A stretch of 64,000 bases of DNA from NCBI GenBank assembly GCA_038321865.1, contig JBBQFH010000008.1, positions 32,001-96,000 on the forward strand, read 5' to 3'. The notes under the pieces are model-generated. The model was not told the DNA's origin and made no database searches. It was given only the letters and a program-made list of their open reading frames with translations. This document shows, piece by piece, positions 30,265-40,202 of the stretch; the first letter of the stretch is position 1, and every line of letters begins with the position of its first letter. The DNA is from Gemmatimonadales bacterium. Lineage in GTDB: Bacteria > Gemmatimonadota > Gemmatimonadetes > Gemmatimonadales > GWC2-71-9. Both the position numbers and the translations under genes were made by a program.

Positions 30265-31293
30265 ATGGACGGAACGATCGCCTTCGTCCTGGTCATCATC
30301 GGCGTCGCGTTCTGCTTCGATTTCATCAACGGATTTCACGACAGCGCGAACTCGATCGCGACGGTCGTCTCCACCCGCGTGCTCTCGCCGGGCGTGGCGG
30401 TCTTCTGGGCGGCCTTCTTCAACTTCGTGGCCGCCTTCACCGTCGGCACGGCCGTCGCCAAGGCCATCGGCAAGGGACTCCTCGATCCGTCGGTGGTGGA
30501 TCCGACGCTCATCCTGTCGGCGCTGCTGGGTGCCATCGTCTGGGATCTGCTCACCTGGTATCTCGGCCTCCCGACGTCGTCGTCCCACGCCTTGCTCGGC
30601 GGGCTGGGGGGTGCGGCCATCGCCAAGGCCGGCTTCGGGGCCCTGCTCCTGCACGGCTGGATCCTGCCGGTCGTCTTCATCGTCGTTTCGCCGGTGATGG
30701 GCTTCGTCCTCGCGCTGGCCCTGACGGTCGGCCTGTCGTGGCTGCTCCGCTACCGGCGGCCCGGACCGATCGACCGCGTCTTCCGCAAGCTCCAGCTCAT
30801 CTCCGCGGCGCTCTATTCGCTCAGCCACGGCGCCAACGATGCCCAGAAGACGATGGGCATCGTGGTGGGCCTGCTGGTCGCCACCCAGGCGCATTTCGTC
30901 AATCAGCCGGGCATCCTGTCCCATCTCTACCTCCCGACCGCCGATCACATACCGCTCTGGGTCGAAATGTTCGCCTATACGGCCATCGCGCTCGGCACGG
31001 CGATGGGCGGGTGGCGGATCGTGAAGACGATGGGCAGCCGGATCACCAAGCTGCGGCCCTTCGGAGGATTCTGCGCGGAAACCGGCGGCGGGATCACGGT
31101 GCTCATCGCATCGCACTTCGGCGTGCCCGTGAGCACGACACACACCATCACCGGTGCCATCGTCGGCGTCGGTACGGCCAGTCGGGTTTCGGCGGTGAGG
31201 TGGGGGGTGGCGACCCGGATCGTCTGGGCCTGGGTGCTGACGATGCCAATGGCCGCGGTCATCGCGGCCATTTCGTACCTGCTGTTGCGCTGA
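30265..31293 (+). CDS. pit: Inorganic phosphate transporter (PiT family)
   Basis: GFHDSANSIAT, PTSSSHAL, HGANDAQKTMG, PVSTTH motifs. Confidence 0.95.
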   Translation: MDGTIAFVLVIIGVAFCFDFINGFHDSANSIATVVSTRVLSPGVAVFWAAFFNFVAAFTVGTAVAKAIGKGLLDPSVVDPTLILSALLGAIVWDLLTWYLGLPTSSSHALLGGLGGAAIAKAGFGALLLHGWILPVVFIVVSPVMGFVLALALTVGLSWLLRYRRPGPIDRVFRKLQLISAALYSLSHGANDAQKTMGIVVGLLVATQAHFVNQPGILSHLYLPTADHIPLWVEMFAYTAIALGTAMGGWRIVKTMGSRITKLRPFGGFCAETGGGITVLIASHFGVPVSTTHTITGAIVGVGTASRVSAVRWGVATRIVWAWVLTMPMAAVIAAISYLLLR

Positions 31294-31300
31294 ACCGCGT

Positions 31301-32464
31301 TCAGGCTGCCCGGATCAGCGCCTTCCGTCCGATCACGTCCCGATAATCGCGGATCAGCAGGTCGTCAATCGCATCCCAGCGGCGCTCCGACGCGGTGCGC
31401 AGCGCGCCCGCCGCGAGCCGCCGCCTGAGTGCGCCGTCATTGAGCAGCCGGCCGAGTCCCTCCGTGAGGGCGTCCATGCTGCCGGGAGTCACCAGCCAGG
31501 CGTTGTCCCCGTGACGCGCGAATTCCATCACACCGCCCGCCGCAGCCGTCACTGACGGAATGCCCGACGCCATCGACTCGACCAGCACGTTGCCGAAGGT
31601 CTCGGTGGTGGAGGGAAACGCAAAGATGTCCGCCGAAGCGTAGGCGACGGACAGCGCGTCGCCCTCGAGCAGGCCCAGCACGTGGACCCCGGGAATGTTG
31701 CGGCGCTCGATCGCCGCCGCCAGCGGCCCGCGGCCGACCAGGGCGAGCTGCGCGGTGCCGCGCCGCGCGCCAAGCGCCTGCCAGGCATCGAGCAGCAGGT
31801 CGAGATTCTTCTCCCGCGCGAGGCGCCCGACATAGGTAACCAGCAGATCGTCGGGGCCGACGCCCAGTCCGGTGCGGAAGGCCTGGTCGCGGTGGCGGGG
31901 ATTGAACGTCGACGTATCCACGCCGCGGGTCCAGATCGCGGTGCGGTTGACGCCGCGGCCATGCAGGTGATCCTGATAAAAACTCGACGGACACAGGACG
32001 AGGCTCGCCTGGCTGTAGAACCAGCGCAGGTAGCGCCAGCCGGCGTTCACGGCCCAATCCACTCCGTAGCGTCCGGCATACTGGTCGTAGTTGGTGTGTG
32101 CCGACGCGACCACCGGCACCCCGAGCCGTCGCGCGATTTTCACTCCGGCGAGTCCCATGGCGAATTCGGTGGCCACGTGCACCAGGTCCGGGCGGAATCG
32201 CTCCGCATCTTCCAGGAGCTCGCCGGAGCGCGGAAACGCCCACTGGACATCGGGGTACAGAAAAAGCGGCATGCTGGGCGAGCGATGGACCTCGGGCCGG
32301 TCACTGACGCCCGGCGGGAGGGCGTAGGTCGCGGAATAGACGCGCACGTCGTGACCCCGGGCCCGCAGTGAGTCCGACAGCCGGCGCAGCGTCACGCCGA
32401 CCCCGCTCACCATGGGCCAGTACACTTCGGAAAACAGCGCGATACGCAAGGGATCAGTCGTCAC
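31301..32464 (-). CDS. GT4 family glycosyltransferase (glycolipid synthase-like)
   Basis: YWPMVSGV, HVATEF, VGRLAREKN, ETFGNVLVESMASG; GTG at 32464. Confidence 0.9.
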   Translation of the reverse strand: MTTDPLRIALFSEVYWPMVSGVGVTLRRLSDSLRARGHDVRVYSATYALPPGVSDRPEVHRSPSMPLFLYPDVQWAFPRSGELLEDAERFRPDLVHVATEFAMGLAGVKIARRLGVPVVASAHTNYDQYAGRYGVDWAVNAGWRYLRWFYSQASLVLCPSSFYQDHLHGRGVNRTAIWTRGVDTSTFNPRHRDQAFRTGLGVGPDDLLVTYVGRLAREKNLDLLLDAWQALGARRGTAQLALVGRGPLAAAIERRNIPGVHVLGLLEGDALSVAYASADIFAFPSTTETFGNVLVESMASGIPSVTAAAGGVMEFARHGDNAWLVTPGSMDALTEGLGRLLNDGALRRRLAAGALRTASERRWDAIDDLLIRDYRDVIGRKALIRAA

Positions 32465-32495
32465 GGCCGGGAAACATGCGGTGTAACTTACCCCT

Positions 32496-32969
32496 ATGGC
32501 AAGCCGAACCATGAACTTCGAGTTCTCCGGTGCCCCCGAGATCCGCGCGTCACGGGACGAGGTGTGGCGCCGCCTGCTCGACCCGCACTTTATCGGCGGC
32601 TCCGCCCCGGGCGTCGAGACCGTCGAGCCGCTCGACCCGACCCACTTTCGCATGATTCTCGGCTTCGGCATCGCGCTTCTCAAGCTGCGCTTTGCGCTCG
32701 ATGTCGAGATGTTCGACATCGTGGAGGGCCGAAGCGCCCGCATGCGCGCGCACGGCCGGGCATCGGGCTCCTCGGTCGAGATGGTCTCGCACATTCAGGT
32801 GGAGGACGCGTCACCCGGGCGGGTGCGGCTCCGCTGGACCGCCGCGAGCAAGGTGAGCGGTGCCCTGGCCGGCGTCGGGTCGCGGCTGGTGGAGGGAGTG
32901 GCGAAGAAGCTCACGGCCCAGTTCTGGGCCAGCTTCGCCGAACGGGTCACCCGGGATGCCGCCGCGTGA
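32496..32969 (+). CDS. CoxG/SRPBCC family protein
   Basis: VWRRLLDP...PGVE start; GALAGVGSRLVEGVAKKL...F C-terminal helix. Confidence 0.8.
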   Translation: MASRTMNFEFSGAPEIRASRDEVWRRLLDPHFIGGSAPGVETVEPLDPTHFRMILGFGIALLKLRFALDVEMFDIVEGRSARMRAHGRASGSSVEMVSHIQVEDASPGRVRLRWTAASKVSGALAGVGSRLVEGVAKKLTAQFWASFAERVTRDAAA

Positions 32970-34648
32970 TGCGCGCGATCGTCGTCTTCCTCCTGGCGCT
33001 GCCGGCCTCCGGATGCGTCGCGGCACGCTACGACCTGATCGTCCGGAACGGAACCGTCTACGACGGAAGCGGCGCGGCTCCGCGCCCTGCGGACGTGGGC
33101 GTCCGCGGCGACTCGATCGTGGCGGTGGGCGATCTGGCCGGCCGTCGCGCCCGCCGGGAGGTCGATGCCGCCGGCATGGCGGTCGCGCCCGGGTTCGTCA
33201 ACATGCTCAGCTGGGCGTCGGACGCGCTGCTGCACGATGGCCGATCCCAAGGCGACATTCGCCAGGGTGTGACGCTGGAGGTCTTCGGCGAAGGCAGCTC
33301 GATGGGACCGCTGACCGACAGCATGCGGCGCGAGCAGCTCGCCCGCCAGAGCGACATCAGGTACGACATTCCCTGGACGACGCTGGGCGAGGGACTCTCG
33401 TACCTCGAACGGCACGGGATCTCGCCCAACGTCGCCTCGTTCGTCGGCGCCACGACGGTTCGCGTCCATGAGCTCGGCTACGTCAACCGCCCGCCCACCG
33501 CCGCCGAGCTCCTCCGCATGCAGGATCTGGTGCGGCAGGCGATGCGCGAGGGTGCGCTCGGCGTCGGCTCGTCGCTGATCTACGCGCCCGCCAACTTCGC
33601 CGGCACCGAGGAGCTGATCGCCCTGGCCAGGGCGGCGGGGGAGTTCGGCGGCATGTACATCTCGCACATGCGGAATGAAGGCCCGCGCCTCCTCGAGGCC
33701 GCCGACGAGCTGATCCGGATCGCGCACGACGCCGGTGTGCCGGCCGAGATCTACCACATCAAGGCGGCGGGCCGGCGGAACTGGTCGAAGCTCGGCCCCC
33801 TGCTGGCCAAGGTGGATTCTGCTCGTGCCGCGGGGCTTCGTATCACCGCCGACATGTACACCTACCCGGCCAGCTCCACCGGCCTCGACGCGACGATGCC
33901 GCTCTGGGTGCAGGAGGGGGGACATGCCGCATGGGTGGCGCGCCTCAAAGACCCGGCGATCCGGGCCCGGGTCATCGCCGAGATGCGGAACACCACCGGC
34001 TCGTGGGACAACTCCTTCGCCAGCTCCGGTGGGCCGTCAGGTGTGCTGCTGGTGAGCTTCCGGACAGACTCGCTGCGCTATCTGACGGGCCGGACGCTGG
34101 AAGAGGTGGCCCGCATGCGAGGCAAGTCCGCCGAGGAAACGGCGATCGATCTGGTGATCCAGGACGACAGCCGGGTCGGTTGCGTGTTCTTCACGATGTC
34201 GGAGGAGAATGTGCGGCGGGAGGCGGCAATTCCCTGGATCAGCTTCGCCTCGGATGCCGGCTCCTACGCCACCGAGGGCGTCTTTCTGAAGACCGGCACC
34301 CATCCTCGCGCGTACGGCAATTTCGCCCGCCTGCTCGGTCGGTACGTCCGCGACGAGCGCGTGATACCGCTGGAAGAGGCGGTGCGCCGCCTGACGTCGC
34401 TTCCGGTCGCGAATCTGGGCATCACGCGGCGGGGGTATCTCCGGGCGGGGTACTACGCCGACATCGTCATCTTCGATCCCGCGACGATCGCCGACCGCGC
34501 CACCTTCGCAGCGCCGCACCAGTACAGCGTGGGAATGCGTGATGTGATCGTGAACGGGGTGCCGGTCCTCGCCCGCGGCGAGCACACCGGGGCCAAGCCG
34601 GGACGATTCGTCCGGGGCCCGGGATGGCGACCCCCTCCGACACGGTGA
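32969..34648 (+). CDS. N-acyl-D-amino acid deacylase family amidohydrolase, probable lipoprotein
   Basis: Lipobox-like ASGC; VAPGFVNMLSW, SHMRNE, IYHIK, SDAGS, HPRAYGNF, GYYADIVIFDP. Confidence 0.88.
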   Translation: MRAIVVFLLALPASGCVAARYDLIVRNGTVYDGSGAAPRPADVGVRGDSIVAVGDLAGRRARREVDAAGMAVAPGFVNMLSWASDALLHDGRSQGDIRQGVTLEVFGEGSSMGPLTDSMRREQLARQSDIRYDIPWTTLGEGLSYLERHGISPNVASFVGATTVRVHELGYVNRPPTAAELLRMQDLVRQAMREGALGVGSSLIYAPANFAGTEELIALARAAGEFGGMYISHMRNEGPRLLEAADELIRIAHDAGVPAEIYHIKAAGRRNWSKLGPLLAKVDSARAAGLRITADMYTYPASSTGLDATMPLWVQEGGHAAWVARLKDPAIRARVIAEMRNTTGSWDNSFASSGGPSGVLLVSFRTDSLRYLTGRTLEEVARMRGKSAEETAIDLVIQDDSRVGCVFFTMSEENVRREAAIPWISFASDAGSYATEGVFLKTGTHPRAYGNFARLLGRYVRDERVIPLEEAVRRLTSLPVANLGITRRGYLRAGYYADIVIFDPATIADRATFAAPHQYSVGMRDVIVNGVPVLARGEHTGAKPGRFVRGPGWRPPPTR

Positions 34649-35373
34649 ATCCCGCGCGCGTCGGCTGCGCCGGCTGGTCCGTTCACGCGTTCGCTTCCGC
34701 GCTCTTCCCCCCGACCGGCAGCCATCTCGAGCGCTACGCCGGCCTCCTCAACGCGGTCGAGATCAACTCGTCGTTCCATCGCGAGCATCGAATCGCAACC
34801 TACGCCCGCTGGGCCGCGAGCGTGCCCGATGGCTTCCGCTTTTCGGCCAAGATCCCGAAATCGATTACCCATGAGCAGCGGCTGGTCGGAGCCGAACCGC
34901 TGATCGAGCGCTTCGTCGCCGGCCCCGCCGCGCTCGGCCCGCACGCGGGACCGCTCGTCGTGCAGCTGCCGCCAAGCCTGGCGCTCGACCCAGCCATTGC
35001 CGATGGCTTCTTTGCGGCCGTTCGGCGCCACTGGGAGGGACCGCTGGTCTGCGAGCCGCGCCACCCGTCGTGGTTCGGCCCGGATGGCGAGGAGATTCTC
35101 CGCAGGCATCGAACAGGCAGGGTGGCCGCGGATCCGGTGCTGGCGCCCGGTGCGGATCGGCCGGGAGGCTGGCCCGGCGTCGCGTACTGGCGGCTCCACG
35201 GTTCGCCGAGGACCTACTTCTCGGGATATTCGCCCGAGCGTCTGGAGGCGCTCGCGGCGGCGCTGGATGACCACGCCGCGGCGGCGCACCGCTGGTGCAT
35301 CTTCGACAACACCGCCCTCGGTGCGGCCGCGCACGATGCCGTCGCCCTCGGCCGCCTCCGCGGCGCCGGATAG
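34624..35373 (+). CDS. DUF72 family protein
   Basis: VGCAGW, VEINSSFHR, FRFSAK, QLPPS, EPRHPSW, YWRLHG, CIFDN. Start may be GTG 34645. Confidence 0.88.
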   Translation: MATPSDTVNPARVGCAGWSVHAFASALFPPTGSHLERYAGLLNAVEINSSFHREHRIATYARWAASVPDGFRFSAKIPKSITHEQRLVGAEPLIERFVAGPAALGPHAGPLVVQLPPSLALDPAIADGFFAAVRRHWEGPLVCEPRHPSWFGPDGEEILRRHRTGRVAADPVLAPGADRPGGWPGVAYWRLHGSPRTYFSGYSPERLEALAAALDDHAAAAHRWCIFDNTALGAAAHDAVALGRLRGAG

Positions 35374-35395
35374 CGTCGCGGGCGGGACCTCCGGG

Positions 35396-35839
35396 TCAGC
35401 CCACCGACAGCTTCCGCAGCTGGCGCATCAGCCGCCGCTGCGCGGTGACATCCTGCACCGCCACGAAAATCGTATCGTCTCCCGCCAGCGTGCCCACCAC
35501 CTCACCCCACGCCAGGCGATCCAGGGCGGCACCTACCCGGTTGGCTTCGCCGGGCGGGGTGTGCAGCACGACCATTGCATCCCCTGCCGGGTCGATGCCG
35601 ATCACGCCATCCGCAATCCTGCGCTCGTCGGGATCGCGCGACTCAGCCATCGCGGGCCGGCGGTAGGACCCGTCCACCTTCGCCAGTCGCAGCGTTGCGA
35701 TGTCACGGCTCACCGACGACTGGGTGACGTCCCACCCCTCGCGCGCCAGCGAGTCCGCCAGCTCGTCCTGCGTCCGGATCGCGTGCGTGCTGATCAACTC
35801 GAGAATCTTGAGGTGTCGCTTGCGCCGGTCGGCGGTCAT
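35396..35839 (-). CDS. argR: Arginine repressor
   Basis: TQDEL, VTQSSVSRDI, T-x-PG, GTLAGDDTIF. Confidence 0.95.
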   Translation of the reverse strand: MTADRRKRHLKILELISTHAIRTQDELADSLAREGWDVTQSSVSRDIATLRLAKVDGSYRRPAMAESRDPDERRIADGVIGIDPAGDAMVVLHTPPGEANRVGAALDRLAWGEVVGTLAGDDTIFVAVQDVTAQRRLMRQLRKLSVG

Positions 35840-37203
35840 GCGCGTTCACCGGCGAGGCGGCTCATGGCGCGCTCGAAGCGCGTGCGCTCCCGTGCCGCCC
35901 ATCGGCGCGCCAGACGTACGCGCGCGCGCGCGACCGCGAGTCCGGGGTTGCCCAGGCCGCCGGTCGAGCGCCGGCGCGCGCTGATCGCGGCGGCCGCGGG
36001 CGCGTCGAACGTCTCGCCCGCCTTGAGTCCCGCGGCCACGGCACGGTAGGCAGCGCGAAACGCCTCCCCCGCTACCACCCGGCGCATCACTTCATCGGTC
36101 GCCAGGGCGCCGCCGGCGAGCGCCGCGGCACAGCGCTCCGCATCCACGCCGAGCATCGGGACGGCGCGCGTCAGCATGGCGAGCATCTCGCCGGTACGCG
36201 CCAGCCCGCGGAACAGCGGCTCCTTGAGGAGCTGGAAATCGCGGTGGTAGCCGCCGGTGAGCTTGGCCGCGAGCTGCATCGTGGTGAAGAGATCGCCGTC
36301 AACGGTTGCGGCACGGGCCCGGGTGAGCTCGAACAGGTCGGGGTTTCGCTTGTGCGGCATGATGCTCGAGCCGGTAGCCAGCTCCGGCGGCAGCACGAGG
36401 TACCCATATTCTTCGGCGCTGTAGAGAATGACGTCGGATGAGAGCCGGGAGAGGTCGTGGCCGATCTGCGTGCACCAGAACAGCGCCGCGGCCTCGAGCT
36501 TGCCGCGGCCGTTCTGCACCGTCGCGACGTTGTGGTCGAGTGCGGCGAAGCCCAGCGCCCGAGCGGCGGATTCGCGGTCGAGCGGCAGCGGTACACCGTA
36601 TCCGGCCGCGCTCCCCAGCGGTGACCGGTCTACCCGTGCCCAGAGAGCGGGCAGCGATTCAGCCGTGTCCAGCAGCCCTTCCGCGTACGCCCCGGCCCAC
36701 AATGCGACTGATGACGGCATGGCTCGCCGCGTGTGGGTGTAGCCGGGCAGCAGCACCCTCCGCTCACGAGCAGCCAGGGCGAGCAGCGCGTCCGCCAGCG
36801 CCAGCGCACCATCGTGCAGGCCAAGCAAGGTGTCCTTGAGATAGAGCCGGAGGTCCACCGTGACCTGGTCGTTGCGCGACCGCCCGGTGTGCAGCCGCTC
36901 GCCGGCGTCCCGCCAGCGCTCGGTAAGCCACATCTCGACCGCCGAGTGCACATCCTCGTGACGGCGACCGATCCGGAGATCGCCCGCGTCGACGGCACGC
37001 AGTGCCGAGCGCAGCGCGGCACGGAGCCGGCGATGCTCGGTCGCGCTCAGCAGCCCCGACGCGCGGAGCCCCTCGACATGTCCGAGACTCCCGAGCACAT
37101 CCCAGCGCAACAATCGGGTATCCCAGGTCCGGTCGTCGCCCACCGTGTAATCGAGCATCTGGCGGTCTATCGCGGCACCGGGTGACCAAAGTGTCGAGCT
37201 CAT
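35836..37203 (-). CDS. argH: Argininosuccinate lyase
   Basis: EDVH, HTGRSRNDQ, PGYTH, SPLGS, GSSIMPHKRNPD; no fused GNAT domain. Confidence 0.95.
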   Translation of the reverse strand: MSSTLWSPGAAIDRQMLDYTVGDDRTWDTRLLRWDVLGSLGHVEGLRASGLLSATEHRRLRAALRSALRAVDAGDLRIGRRHEDVHSAVEMWLTERWRDAGERLHTGRSRNDQVTVDLRLYLKDTLLGLHDGALALADALLALAARERRVLLPGYTHTRRAMPSSVALWAGAYAEGLLDTAESLPALWARVDRSPLGSAAGYGVPLPLDRESAARALGFAALDHNVATVQNGRGKLEAAALFWCTQIGHDLSRLSSDVILYSAEEYGYLVLPPELATGSSIMPHKRNPDLFELTRARAATVDGDLFTTMQLAAKLTGGYHRDFQLLKEPLFRGLARTGEMLAMLTRAVPMLGVDAERCAAALAGGALATDEVMRRVVAGEAFRAAYRAVAAGLKAGETFDAPAAAAISARRRSTGGLGNPGLAVARARVRLARRWAARERTRFERAMSRLAGERA

Positions 37204-38276
37204 GCGAGATACTCCATGGCCAGCCTGGCGTAGAAGCGCCGCGCCTCGCTGACCTCGAAGAGGTCCACGCACTCGTCCGCCGTATGCGACCGGCGGCTGG
37301 TGCCGGGGCCGCATTTGAAGGCGTCACGGTCGCGGAGGAAGACCCAGTCCGAGCAGGTTGGGCTGCCGTAGTGCGCGGCGTGCGGCCGAATCCGCGACGC
37401 CGCCGCCAGCAGGGCCGACCCCGCAGGGGTCTCGCACGGCACCAGCCGGTCCGAGGTCACTACCACTTCGGAACCGAGGGCGGAGCGGAGGAGCGCCGCC
37501 AGCTCATCGTGCGGCCAGGCCGGCGTGCTGCGAATGTCGAGCACTGCCTTGGCGGTCGGCGGCGTGACGTTCCGGCTCACCCCCGCCTCGACCATCGTCG
37601 GGGTGACGGTCGGAAGCCCCAGAATCGGGTGCGGCCGCGACGCGGCCACCGAATCCAGGCGCACCAGGTCGCGCGCCAGCTCGACCAGCGCGTTGGTGAA
37701 CCTGCCGTCGGCCGCGGCATAGCCGGCATGGCGCTGGTCGCCCTGGGCGACGAGATCCACCATCATGAGTCCCCGCTGCGCCACGGCGAACTCGAGGTTG
37801 GTCGGCTCACCCACCACCGCGGCATCCACGACTCCCGCCGAGGCGAGTGCCCGCGGCATGGACGTGTTCCGCGTCTCTTCGCCGTAGCCGAGGATCACGA
37901 GGACGCGCCCCCGCGGGGGGCCGCCGGCGTCAGCGAGGTCGCGCGCCGCGCAGAGCATCGCGGCAACGGACGCCTTCGCGTCGCTCGAACCCCGCCCATA
38001 CAACCGGCCATCCATGATCGCGGGCTGAAACGGATCGCGGCTCCATCCCTCTCCCGGGGGCACCACGTCGAGGTGCGAGACGAACGCCAGCGTCGGGCCA
38101 GCGGCGCGGCCGGCTGCGGTGACGCGGATGCCGGCGTCGTCGCGAACGACCTCGAGGCCCCACCCGCGAACCGTCTCTTCGACGAGCCGTCCGACCGCCT
38201 CTTCGTCTCCGCTGACCGAGGGCGTGGCGACGAGCTGGCGGAGCAGCTCGATCTCAGCCGGCCAGGTCAACGCCAA
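37200..38276 (-). CDS. argE: M20 family deacylase (ArgE; likely acts on N-acyl-citrulline in this pathway)
   Basis: SHLDVVP, YGRGSSDAK, EE, GEPT, GPG...SHTADE; located inside the arg operon. Confidence 0.85.
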   Translation of the reverse strand: MALTWPAEIELLRQLVATPSVSGDEEAVGRLVEETVRGWGLEVVRDDAGIRVTAAGRAAGPTLAFVSHLDVVPPGEGWSRDPFQPAIMDGRLYGRGSSDAKASVAAMLCAARDLADAGGPPRGRVLVILGYGEETRNTSMPRALASAGVVDAAVVGEPTNLEFAVAQRGLMMVDLVAQGDQRHAGYAAADGRFTNALVELARDLVRLDSVAASRPHPILGLPTVTPTMVEAGVSRNVTPPTAKAVLDIRSTPAWPHDELAALLRSALGSEVVVTSDRLVPCETPAGSALLAAASRIRPHAAHYGSPTCSDWVFLRDRDAFKCGPGTSRRSHTADECVDLFEVSEARRFYARLAMEYLA

Positions 38277-39189
38277 GGTAGGTCGCCTTCTCCTTTCGTC
38301 CCACGATCATGGTGCCGCAGCCGGAGCCGGTGAACACCTCCAGTAGCAGCGCATCGGGCGCCCGGCCATCGATGATGTGGGTCCGCTCCACCCCGCCGGT
38401 CGCGGCGCGAATGCAGGCCTCCACCTTGGGCCGCATCCCGCCGGCCAGTGCGCCGCTGGCCATCAGTCCGGCCAGATCGTCGGGGTCGGCGAAGGTGACG
38501 AGCGTGGCCGGATCGTTCCGGTCTCGCAGCACGCCGGGAGCGCCGGTCAGGAAGATCAGCTTCTGCGCGTGCAGCGCCACCGCCAGCGACTCGGCCACCG
38601 TATCGGCGTTTACGTTGTAGACGTTTCCCTCGTCGTCACCGGCGAGGCTGGCCACCACGGGAACGAACCGCGCTTCGACCAGCGTGGTGATCACCCGAGG
38701 GTCGACCCGGTCGACGTCGCCCACATGGCCGAAGTCCACGTGGCGAGTCACGCCCGCATCGTCCACCAGCGACACCGGCGGACGGCGGTGCGCCGTGATC
38801 AGATCGGCGTCGACCCCGCTCAGTCCGACCGCCTGCACGCGATGCTCGCGGAGCGCCGCCACCAGATCGGTGCTTAGGACCCCCGCGTACACCATCTTGG
38901 CAACGTCGAGCGCGTCATCGTCGGTGACGCGGCGGCCGGCGACGATGGTCGGCTCACGGCCCAGGCGGCGGCTCAGTGCCGTGGCCTGGGGACCACCGCC
39001 GTGCACGACGACGAGCCGGATGCTGAGCGAGGACAGCAGGGCGATCTGGGCCGCCACCTGGTCGAGGACCTCGACGTCCTTCAGCACGTCACCGCCCAGC
39101 TTCACCACGAACACCTGGTCGCGATACGCGCGCACGTAGCGCAACGCTCCCTTGAGCCCGGCGATTCCCTTCGTCGGATCGATGCTCAT
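38254..39189 (-). CDS. argB: N-acylglutamate kinase
   Basis: VVKLGG, VHGGG, GRRVTD, NVNAD, GGMRPK, IIDGR, LLLEVFT..GT; no C-terminal GNAT domain. Confidence 0.93.
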   Translation of the reverse strand: MSIDPTKGIAGLKGALRYVRAYRDQVFVVKLGGDVLKDVEVLDQVAAQIALLSSLSIRLVVVHGGGPQATALSRRLGREPTIVAGRRVTDDDALDVAKMVYAGVLSTDLVAALREHRVQAVGLSGVDADLITAHRRPPVSLVDDAGVTRHVDFGHVGDVDRVDPRVITTLVEARFVPVVASLAGDDEGNVYNVNADTVAESLAVALHAQKLIFLTGAPGVLRDRNDPATLVTFADPDDLAGLMASGALAGGMRPKVEACIRAATGGVERTHIIDGRAPDALLLEVFTGSGCGTMIVGRKEKATYLGVDLAG

Positions 39190-40202
39190 GACCGGTCTCC
39201 GATCAGCTGAAGCAGCAGCGCGCGCTGCGCGTGGAGGCGATTCTCCGCCTCGTCCACCACCACCGAGTTGGGCCCATCGAGCACCGCGTCGTCGATCTCG
39301 ATGTTACGCCTCACCGGCAGACAGTGCATCACGATGCCCTTCCCGCCGCGCGTATTCCTGAGGCGGGGCGCGGTCATCCGCCAATCCCGCAGTCCGCTCC
39401 GGAGCTCCGCCTCGGCTTCCGGCTGCCCGAAGTGCTCGAGCGATCCCCACGACTTGACGTAGACTGCGTCGGCGCCGACGAGCGCATCATCAATGTCCTC
39501 GCTGACGTGGACCATCGCCCCCTGCTCGCGCGCCAGCCGCCGTACCAGCGCCGTGTCGTCCGAATCAAGATCGTATCCCGGGGGCCGCGCGATGACGACC
39601 TCCATGCCCAGCATCGCCGCCGCGATCGCGGCGCTGGCCGGCACAGCCGTCGGCAGCGCCTTCGGATGCCAGGCCCACGTCAACACGAAGCGCTTGCCGC
39701 AGGTTTCACCGAGCTTCTCGCGCAGCGTCATGGCGTCGGCCAGCCCCTGGCACGGGTGCCGCCGGGTGGATTCGAGGTTGATCACAGGCTTCTCACAGTA
39801 GCGCGCGAAGTCGCGGATGACCCGGTCCTCCCGCTCGACCGCCCAGTCCCGTCCCCGGGGAAACACGCGAACCGCGAGCGCGTCGGCGTAGCGGCCCAGC
39901 ACGCGCGCCGCCTCGGCGATGTGCTCGACGGCCGTGCCGTCCATCACCGCACCCGGCTCCGTTTCGAGAGACCAGCTGCCCTTGCCCGGCTCCAGCACCA
40001 CGGCGTGGCCGCCGTGCAGGAACATGCCGGTCTCGAAGCTGCTTCGGGTGCGAAGACTCGGGTCCATGAATACCATCGCCAGGACCTTCCTTTCGAGCCC
40101 GCCGTCGATCTCACCACGCTTCACGCGGTCGGCCAGCCCGAGCAGCTCCGTGATCTCGGCCGCCGACCAATCCTCCATCGCCAGAAAGTCCCGCTTGGTC
40201 AC
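39186..40202 (-). CDS. argF: N-acylornithine transcarbamylase (ArgF'; predicted N-succinylornithine-specific)
   Basis: PSLRT instead of STRT, HPCQ, WAWHPKALP proline-rich loop, YVKSW, HCLPVRRN, MDGTAVEH. GTG at 40202. Confidence 0.9.
   Translation of the reverse strand: MTKRDFLAMEDWSAAEITELLGLADRVKRGEIDGGLERKVLAMVFMDPSLRTRSSFETGMFLHGGHAVVLEPGKGSWSLETEPGAVMDGTAVEHIAEAARVLGRYADALAVRVFPRGRDWAVEREDRVIRDFARYCEKPVINLESTRRHPCQGLADAMTLREKLGETCGKRFVLTWAWHPKALPTAVPASAAIAAAMLGMEVVIARPPGYDLDSDDTALVRRLAREQGAMVHVSEDIDDALVGADAVYVKSWGSLEHFGQPEAEAELRSGLRDWRMTAPRLRNTRGGKGIVMHCLPVRRNIEIDDAVLDGPNSVVVDEAENRLHAQRALLLQLIGDRS

Noticed and set aside
32496..32969. CoxG as evidence of a CO dehydrogenase cluster
   Set aside because: No coxMSL genes are in the window, and stand-alone SRPBCC proteins are common.
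32969..34648. D-aminoacylase as partner of the DUF1611-like protein in D-glutamate catabolism
   Set aside because: It is on the opposite strand, about 8 kb away and probably a lipoprotein. No DgcA-like racemase/epimerase is nearby, and the DUF1611-like gene is coupled within the arg operon. Kept only as an alternative hypothesis.
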